Source: Rhodoferax sp.
Lineage (GTDB): Bacteria; Pseudomonadota; Gammaproteobacteria; Burkholderiales; Burkholderiaceae_C
Length of the DNA: 40,118 nucleotides
Direction: 5' to 3'
Assembly: GCA_026785765.1 (NCBI GenBank)
Contig: JAJAZK010000027.1
Span: 1 to 40,118, forward strand
Shown piece by piece: positions 33,733 through 40,118 of this stretch (position 1 is the first letter of the stretch; every line of letters begins with the position of its first letter). The notes under the pieces were generated by a model, which worked only from the letters and a program-made list of their open reading frames with translations, ran no database searches and had not been told where the DNA came from. Made by a program: the position numbers and the translations under genes.

Positions 33733-34773
33733 ATGGCCTTGTCTCCTGGTTTTGCAGTTGCTGCAGTCGGTGCCGGCCTTGGCGCGACGCCACATTTTCG
33801 CGCCATGGAGGAGCTGCGAGACGCCCATGCGCTGACCTGGGTCTGTGCACGGGATGCGCAGCGCTTGCAGGACCGCGTCCTACCCGCCGGGGCCCGGCGC
33901 ACAACCCGCCTGGAAGACATTCTGGAAGATCCGCAGGTGCGCGCAGTGTTGGTGCTGACGCCACCCGCAGCGCATCTGGAAGTGGTGCGCAAACTGGCCC
34001 AGGCTGGAAAACATGTGCTGGTGGAAAAGCCGCTCGAACTTGACTTGACACGCGCCCGAGAACTGGTGGCCTGTTGTGAGGCGGCCGGCGTGCTGCTGGC
34101 GGTGATGCTGCAGTTCCGGTTGCGCGCTGGAGCTGTGCGCCTGACGCAACTGCTACGCCAGGGAGCGCTTGGCAGCGTTACCAGTACCAGCGCCAGTGTG
34201 CGCTGGTGGCGGCCGCAAAGTTATTACGACGAACCTGGTCGCGGCACGCTGGCGCGCGACGGTGGCGGGGTGTTGATGACGCAGGCCATCCATACGCTTG
34301 ATCTGTTGTTGTCGTTGCTGGGTTCGCCGCTGCGGGTGACTGGCGTTGTTTCCACCAGTCCCGTGCACCGGATGGAAACGGAAGACTGCGCCAGTGCCTT
34401 ATTGCATTACCCGCACGGCATGGTGGCGGTGTTGCAGGCAACCACAGCGGCGTATCCGGGATCGCCAGAGCGGCTGGAGATCAACGGCACGCTGGGAACC
34501 GCCACGTTGGAAGCGGGGCGTTTGCAGCTGGATTTTCTGGACGGCCGCTCGGAGGTCGCAGGCGCCGATGCGGGCAGTGGCGCTGGCGCCGACCCGATGG
34601 CTTTTGGCCACAGCGCGCATCGGACGGTGCTGGAGGACTTCCTGCATGCAGTGCGGACGAATACTGCCCCAGCCACCAGCGGCCGCAGTGCCTTGCTTGT
34701 GCATGCCGTCATCGAAGCCATCGTCGAGTCTTCGCGCCGCGGTACACCGGTACCATTCGATCCATCGCCATGA
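33733..34773 (+). CDS. Gfo/Idh/MocA-family oxidoreductase
   Basis: [13 protein letters not shown] and [14 protein letters not shown] motifs. Confidence 0.88.
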   Translation: MALSPGFAVAAVGAGLGATPHFRAMEELRDAHALTWVCARDAQRLQDRVLPAGARRTTRLEDILEDPQVRAVLVLTPPAAHLEVVRKLAQAGKHVLVEKPLELDLTRARELVACCEAAGVLLAVMLQFRLRAGAVRLTQLLRQGALGSVTSTSASVRWWRPQSYYDEPGRGTLARDGGGVLMTQAIHTLDLLLSLLGSPLRVTGVVSTSPVHRMETEDCASALLHYPHGMVAVLQATTAAYPGSPERLEINGTLGTATLEAGRLQLDFLDGRSEVAGADAGSGAGADPMAFGHSAHRTVLEDFLHAVRTNTAPATSGRSALLVHAVIEAIVESSRRGTPVPFDPSP

Positions 34774-36326
34774 ATCCGCATTACATCCGCATGCACCAGG
34801 ACGACAACGTTGCGATCGTCGCAAGCGATGGTGGCCTTGCCGTCGGCGCGCGATTTGCCGATGGGCTGGTCCTGCGCGAGCGGGTGCCGCAGGGCCACAA
34901 ACTGAGTCTGGTCGACATTGCCTGCGGTGCAGCAGTGCGGCGCTACAACGTGGTGATCGGTCACGCGCTGCGCGACCTGCCCGCTGGCAGCTGGGTGCAT
35001 GAGCGGGTCCTGCAGATGCCTGCGGCGCGGGGCCTGACTGATTTGCCTATGGCGACGGCGCAAACTCCGCCACTGCCGCCGCTTGCGGGCTACACCTTCG
35101 AGGGTTACCGAAATCGGGATGGCTCGGTGGGCACACGCAATATCCTGGCCATTACGACCACGGTGCAATGTGTCGCCGGCGTGGTGGACTTTGCAGTGCA
35201 GCGCATCAAAGCCGAATTGCTGCCGTTGTTCCTACATGTAGACGATGTGGTTGGGCTGGAGCACAGTTATGGCTGTGGTGTGGCCATCGACGCGCCCGAT
35301 GCAATCATCCCGATCCGCACCCTGCGCAACATCAGCCTGAACCCGAACTTCGGCGGTGAGGTGATGGTCGTCAGCCTGGGCTGCGAAAAGCTGCAACCCG
35401 AACGCCTGTTCCCACCAGGGACCATCACGATCGCGGACCAGCGCGGCGTTGCGGCCGCTTCGGCGCCGCTAGATGTGGTGTGCCTGCAAGACGACGCGCA
35501 TGTTGGATTCATGTCCATGATCGACGCGGTGCTGCGCCAGGCCAGGGTCCATCTGGAGCGCCTGAACCAGCGCCGCCGCGAAACCTGCCCGGCGGCCGAG
35601 CTGGTGGTGGGAGTTCAGTGTGGCGGCAGCGACGCGTTCTCTGGCGTTACTGCCAATCCTGCGGTGGGTTTTGCAACCGATCTGCTGGTGCGTTGTGGTG
35701 CCACCGTGATGTTTTCCGAAGTGACCGAAGTGCGCGACGCAATCGACCAGTTGACGGCGCGCGCGGTCACCCCGGAAGTTGCGCAAGCCCTGGTGCGCGA
35801 GATGGCCTGGTACGACCGGTATCTGGAAAAGGGCCAGGTCGATCGCAGTGCTAACACGACGCCAGGCAACAAGCAGGGCGGACTGTCCAACATTGTCGAG
35901 AAAGCCATGGGCTCGATTGTCAAGTCCGGCACGGCGCCGATATCGGGCGTGCTGGCACCGGGTGAGAAGGCACACCAGCGCGGCTTGCTGTATGCGGCAA
36001 CGCCGGCCAGTGACTTCGTTTGTGGCACGCTGCAGATCGCCGCGGGCATGAACCTGCATGTCTTCACAACCGGGCGTGGCACGCCTTATGGGCTGGCGCC
36101 GGTGCCGGTGATCAAGGTGGCGACTCGCACCGAACTGGCACGGCGCTGGCATGACCTGATGGATCTGGATGCGGGGCGCATTGCCACCGGCGAGGCAAGT
36201 ATTGCCGACATGGGCTGGGAACTGTTTCGTTTGATGCTTGAGGTGGCCAGTGGCCGAAAGACCTGGGCCGAGCACTGGAAACTGCACAATGCCCTGGTGT
36301 TGTTCAACCCGGCACCGGTCACCTGA
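34770..36326 (+). CDS. garD: Galactarate dehydratase (UxaA family, N-terminal SAF domain)
   Basis: [42 protein letters not shown] and FNPAPVT motifs. Confidence 0.93.
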   Translation: MNPHYIRMHQDDNVAIVASDGGLAVGARFADGLVLRERVPQGHKLSLVDIACGAAVRRYNVVIGHALRDLPAGSWVHERVLQMPAARGLTDLPMATAQTPPLPPLAGYTFEGYRNRDGSVGTRNILAITTTVQCVAGVVDFAVQRIKAELLPLFLHVDDVVGLEHSYGCGVAIDAPDAIIPIRTLRNISLNPNFGGEVMVVSLGCEKLQPERLFPPGTITIADQRGVAAASAPLDVVCLQDDAHVGFMSMIDAVLRQARVHLERLNQRRRETCPAAELVVGVQCGGSDAFSGVTANPAVGFATDLLVRCGATVMFSEVTEVRDAIDQLTARAVTPEVAQALVREMAWYDRYLEKGQVDRSANTTPGNKQGGLSNIVEKAMGSIVKSGTAPISGVLAPGEKAHQRGLLYAATPASDFVCGTLQIAAGMNLHVFTTGRGTPYGLAPVPVIKVATRTELARRWHDLMDLDAGRIATGEASIADMGWELFRLMLEVASGRKTWAEHWKLHNALVLFNPAPVT

Positions 36327-36353
36327 CGGCACCGGTTTTTTTTGGATGCAATC

Positions 36354-37361
36354 ATGAAACCTGGTTCCTTTCTTACCCTTGTTGCTGCAGCGCTGCTGAC
36401 GCTCGTCGCAGCGCCCAGCCACGCGCAAGCCGACTACCCCAGCAAGGCGGTGAAGATCATCGTGCCTTTTCCGGCGGGTGGCACCAGTGATGTGATGGCA
36501 CGAATGGCTGCAGACGAATTGACGAAGTCGCTGAAGCAGCCGTTTGTGGTGGAGAACATTGGTGGTGCCGGTGGGACCATCGGCACCGAACGTGCCGCCA
36601 AGGCCACCGCCGACGGTTATACGCTGGTCCTGACCGGGGTCGGCTCGAATGCGGTCGCCCATGGCCTCAATCCAAAACTGGGTTATGACTCGAACAAGGA
36701 CTTTGTCCATATCACGCAAATTCACTCCGGTCCGAACGTGTTGGTGGTGCATCCCGACACACCGTTCAAGACACTCAAGGAGTTGATCGACTACGGCCGC
36801 GCGAACCCTGGCAAGCTCAACTACGGCTATACCCACGCCGCGTCGGGCCACATGGCGATGGAGCTGCTCAAGCAGACGGTCAGTGAGTGTCCCAAAGGGG
36901 CCAGGGATTGCAAGCCGCTATTCATCGTGGGCATACCGTATCGCGGTGGCGGCCCTTTGCTGACGGACCTGCTCGGCGGTCAGATACCGATGATTTTCAT
37001 CAACCAGGACGCAGCCCTGCAACATGTCAAAAGCGGCAAACTGCGTGCGCTCGCAGTCACCAGCCGACAACGAAACCCGCTGTACCCGGAGGTGCCGACG
37101 ATCGCCGAGTCGGGTTATCCGGCGTTCGAAGCACTCTCCTGGTCCGGCCTGTCGGCTCCCAGGGGCACGCCGCAGCCCGTCGTTGACAAACTGGAGGCCG
37201 CAATGGCGGCGGCGATGCAGTCGGGCGCCGTGCGCCAGCGCATGGAGTCGGTCGGCTTCGTGGTGCCGACACAGGGCTCCAAGGCTTACACGCAGTTTGT
37301 CAAGACCGAGATCGATGCGTGGACGCGGGTGATCCAGTTGGCGGGCATCAAACCGGATTGA
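36354..37361 (+). CDS. Bug/TctC tripartite tricarboxylate transporter substrate-binding protein
   Basis: YPSKAVKIIVPFPAGGTSD, VVEN.GGAGG and PYRGGG motifs; signal peptide. Confidence 0.92.
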   Translation: MKPGSFLTLVAAALLTLVAAPSHAQADYPSKAVKIIVPFPAGGTSDVMARMAADELTKSLKQPFVVENIGGAGGTIGTERAAKATADGYTLVLTGVGSNAVAHGLNPKLGYDSNKDFVHITQIHSGPNVLVVHPDTPFKTLKELIDYGRANPGKLNYGYTHAASGHMAMELLKQTVSECPKGARDCKPLFIVGIPYRGGGPLLTDLLGGQIPMIFINQDAALQHVKSGKLRALAVTSRQRNPLYPEVPTIAESGYPAFEALSWSGLSAPRGTPQPVVDKLEAAMAAAMQSGAVRQRMESVGFVVPTQGSKAYTQFVKTEIDAWTRVIQLAGIKPD

Positions 37362-37902
37362 GCAGCGCGAAAAAGGCGGCTTCCCGGGTGCCGGCAACGG
37401 CCGCGGTTTGCCCATATTGATCGCAAATCTGCTCTCGCAGATATCGTTCGGCCTGCTGGTGATGACGATTTGCTTGCCGTCGATGCAGCAGCGGGGTGCC
37501 CTGTTCGGCGCCAGCCAGGCCAGCGTCCAACTCACCTTCAGCGCTTAACGTGAAACAACTTTCATGATGCGGGGTGAAGAGTGGGCATCATGAAAGTTAC
37601 GTCGTCGCATTCGGTCTGCTGCAGGTGGTGTACGGACCGCTGTCCAACCGTTACGGGCGCAGGAAGTCATTGCGGGTCGGGCTGGTGCTTGGGTATCGCT
37701 GGCGTTATTTTTGCTGCGCTGGCCACGTCCCTGTGGGCGCTGACGATGGCGCGTGCGCTCCAGGGCGCCGGCACGGCGGCCGGCCTTCGGTGCGTACCTG
37801 GTGGGCTTGTTGACGCACCATGGTTCGGTGCAGCTGGGCCTGTTGATGCTGGCCCTTACCCTGTGTGCGCTGGCGGCCCAGATCATGTGGTACCGGGCTT
37901 GA
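37358..37902 (+). pseudogene. Bcr/CflA-like MFS transporter relic (insertion, frameshift, internal deletion)
   Basis: Pieces in different frames: ANLLSQISFGLLVMTICLPSM...VQLTFSA | YVVAFGLLQVVYGPLSNRYGRR (motif A) | ARALQGAG | FGAYLVGLL...QIMWYRA*. Confidence 0.75.
37548..37599. mobile_element. 52-bp palindromic insertion (MITE/REP-like or IS scar) in the MFS relic
   Basis: Perfect 14-bp inverted repeat AACTTTCATGATGC (37557-37570) / GCATCATGAAAGTT (37585-37598). TTA direct repeats at 37545-47 and 37597-99. Removing it restores the frame S-A-Y-V-V-A-F. Confidence 0.6.
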
Positions 37903-37923
37903 GCGGCGCGTGAGGCGGAAAAC

Positions 37924-38931
37924 CTATCCGGCGCGCAAACTGCCCAGACCCGGGCTCATCATGGTCTCGTCAATCGTCTTTTCCTGAGCCTGGTTCGGCG
38001 CGACAAACTCGAGTGTCATGACCCGCGCCAGCCGCAGCAGGGCACCGGGGCGCAGGGGTAACTCCTGATCCCGTTGCATGGCTACACCGTCGAGCTCCGT
38101 GAGCTGGGTCGACAGCGTCTTGATCACATACCCGCCCGGACGGCTCAACAATTCGAAGTGTTTGCGACTGATCTGCTTGCTGGCGGTCGGGTCGGGCAGC
38201 ACGAGGATGACGTCGTTGATCGAGGCGCCCTGTTGTGTTTCGCCGCGGCCGAAACACAAAGTGTCGAGTTGTGGCAACAGGATGCGTTCGCCGGATTCGC
38301 GCACGATCAGGTAGCTGGGAAAACACAATGGGTCGCGCCAATGCATTTCGAATAGCTCCACGGCCCGGGTGATGCCTTTGAGTGGCACACTCGCAAGCAC
38401 AGCGCAGGCAACGCGTTGCTGCGGTGCGAGTTGCTGGAACATCTCGCCGGACAGGCGCAATTGCCCGGGTTGCGCGGTGCTTGCAATACGTGCACACAGG
38501 TTGACGCTGTCGCCGGTCACCTGCTCGCCGTCGGTGAGTACCGGGCCCCAGTGCATGCCAACGCGCACGCTGAGCTGGTGGGCGCGCGCACGGCTCTGGT
38601 TGGCGGCTGACATCGCGTTCAAGAATGCGGCCATGGAAGTCGCGGCGGCGCTGGCGGACGCAAAACAGACAAAAGCGCCATCGCCTGCAGTGCCCACAAG
38701 GCGGCCCTGGTGTTGAACCAGGTTTTGCTCCAGCAAATCGAGATGCAACTGCTGCAGCCGGCGGCCGGCTTCGTCGCCGAACTGGGCGAAGTAGCGGGTC
38801 GACTCGACAATATCGGTGAACGCCAGTGCTGCGTTGCGCTCGAAGCGCCGCGTCAACTCCTGCGACAACAGGGTCTGGAGCCGGATGATCTCGGTCATCG
38901 TCAGGGCTGCAGGATCAAATGGACTGGTCAT
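37924..38931 (-). CDS. Class III nucleotide cyclase fused to a C-terminal FHA domain
   Basis: FTDIVEST, AGDG, RVGMHWG, GDSVNLCARI and LKG cyclase motifs; FGR...ISRKH FHA motifs. Confidence 0.88.
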   Translation of the reverse strand: MTSPFDPAALTMTEIIRLQTLLSQELTRRFERNAALAFTDIVESTRYFAQFGDEAGRRLQQLHLDLLEQNLVQHQGRLVGTAGDGAFVCFASASAAATSMAAFLNAMSAANQSRARAHQLSVRVGMHWGPVLTDGEQVTGDSVNLCARIASTAQPGQLRLSGEMFQQLAPQQRVACAVLASVPLKGITRAVELFEMHWRDPLCFPSYLIVRESGERILLPQLDTLCFGRGETQQGASINDVILVLPDPTASKQISRKHFELLSRPGGYVIKTLSTQLTELDGVAMQRDQELPLRPGALLRLARVMTLEFVAPNQAQEKTIDETMMSPGLGSLRAG

Positions 38932-39035
38932 GGCGAAAAGCGTAAGCGAAGAGGATAACGATAGCGTGGCACAGGGTCAACGGCGGCGGCGCGGATTTCA
39001 GTCAGAATTGGGCGGATGGCAAAGCCCTGCGTGAT

Positions 39036-40118
39036 ATGATGGAAAAACTCGGACGCTACGACGTCGTTCGCGTGCTTGGCAAGGGCGCGATGGGCATGGT
39101 TTATGAGGCGCGCGACCCCAATCTGGACCGCCGGGTTGCAATCAAGACCATCAAGGTCGAGAACCTTCCCGAGGCGGCGATTGTCGAGTACGAAGCACGC
39201 TTCCGTACCGAAGCCCGTTCCGCCGCGCGCTTGCAGCACCCCAATATTGTCAGCGTGTACGACTCGGAGCGCCACGGTGATACGGCCTACCTGGTGATGG
39301 AGTTTGTGCAGGGCGAAGATCTCAAGCAGCACCTCGACAGCGGCAAGCGCTACACGCTGGAACAGTCGTTGGCGATCATGCGGGATTTGCTCGCGGCGCT
39401 GGCCTACGCACACCAGCAGAACATCGTGCACCGCGATGTCAAGCCGGCCAATTTGATGATTGAGGCCAGTGGGCGGGTCAAGTTGACTGATTTTGGCGTT
39501 GCGCGCATCCAGGACTCGGGCGAAGCTACCCGTACCAAGGGATCGATGGTCGGAACCTTGAAGTACATGGCGCCGGAACAGGTGCAGGGGTTGGCGATTG
39601 ATGCACGGGCCGACCTGTTTGCCGCCGGCGTCGTGTTGTACCAGTTGTTGACCGGCGAACGGCCGTTCGACGGAGACAGCGAATACGCCATCATTCACCA
39701 GATCATCAGCCAGAATCCGCCGCCGCCCAGCAGCATCAACGCCCAACTGCCCGCTGCGCTCGATATCGTCGTGGCCCGAGCCCTGGCCAAGGATCGGGCG
39801 CTGCGTTTTCCCAGCGCGGGCGAGTTCGCCCGGGCCTTGCTGGATGCCAGCGTACAGGCACAGGACGCAACGGCCGTCCCGCCAGCCAGCGCTTCCCCTG
39901 GAAACGGCGGCAGTCTGGGAACCGGCTCGGGTGCGTCCGGCACGCGCGGCAGCGGCGCTACGGCACGTATGGCGCGCAGCGGCGAGGACACTGGCTCGAC
40001 TGTCACCCAGGAGCTTGAGCTCGTTTACTGGAAGGACATCAAGCACTCGGAAGATGCACTGGATCTGCAAGGTTTCCTGACCCGTTTTCCATCAGGCATC
40101 TATGCCGATCTGGCACGA
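39036..40118 (+). CDS. Hanks-type Ser/Thr protein kinase, 3'-truncated by the window end (absent from ORF track)
   Basis: Hand translation: MMEKLGRYDVVRVLGKGAMGMVYEARDPNLDRRVAIK, HPNIV, HRDVKPAN, DFG, GTLKYMAPE; frame open to 40118. Confidence 0.93.
   Translation, partial: MMEKLGRYDVVRVLGKGAMGMVYEARDPNLDRRVAIKTIKVENLPEAAIVEYEARFRTEARSAARLQHPNIVSVYDSERHGDTAYLVMEFVQGEDLKQHLDSGKRYTLEQSLAIMRDLLAALAYAHQQNIVHRDVKPANLMIEASGRVKLTDFGVARIQDSGEATRTKGSMVGTLKYMAPEQVQGLAIDARADLFAAGVVLYQLLTGERPFDGDSEYAIIHQIISQNPPPPSSINAQLPAALDIVVARALAKDRALRFPSAGEFARALLDASVQAQDATAVPPASASPGNGGSLGTGSGASGTRGSGATARMARSGEDTGSTVTQELELVYWKDIKHSEDALDLQGFLTRFPSGIYADLAR

Noticed and set aside
36314-36343. ACCGGT...ACCGGT plus T-tract at the end of garD as a terminator
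   Set aside because: Short 6-bp stem with a large loop, and the next gene starts 10 nt later; too weak to call.
38928-40070. 380-aa minus-strand ORF
   Set aside because: Antisense shadow of the Ser/Thr kinase on the plus strand.

Overview
Chromosomal replication-origin region of a GC-rich betaproteobacterium (gene order and proteins resemble Comamonadaceae, e.g. Rhodoferax-like; inference). Core: gyrB-dnaN-[oriC-like spacer with DnaA boxes and TAG trios]-dnaA <> rpmH-rnpA-yidD-yidC-mnmE. Left arm: a co-directional minus-strand run of aroG, three tandem NERD-like paralogues that all lack the PD-(D/E)xK catalytic signature, a membrane-anchored alpha/beta hydrolase, a GGDEF cyclase, NnrU and a Cys-less glutaredoxin-like protein. 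Right arm: cNMP-binding protein, apt, a CPA2 K+ antiporter broken by one in-frame TGA, kdsD-kdsC-lptC-SDR, a Gly-rich RRM protein, a SAM-II-like riboswitch plus terminator before metX-metW, and an oxidative hexuronate/aldarate cluster (gudD, FadR regulator, udh, TRAP, garD, Bug). That cluster contains a deleted kdgD relic and is followed by an MFS relic carrying a 52-bp palindromic insertion. The window ends with a class III cyclase-FHA gene with atypical base-specificity residues, divergent from a Hanks-type Ser/Thr kinase. Best candidates for an undescribed system are the pseudo-nuclease NERD triplet and the cyclase-FHA/kinase module. No rRNA, tRNA, CRISPR array or intact transposase was seen. 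All calls come from reading motifs by eye; no searches were run.
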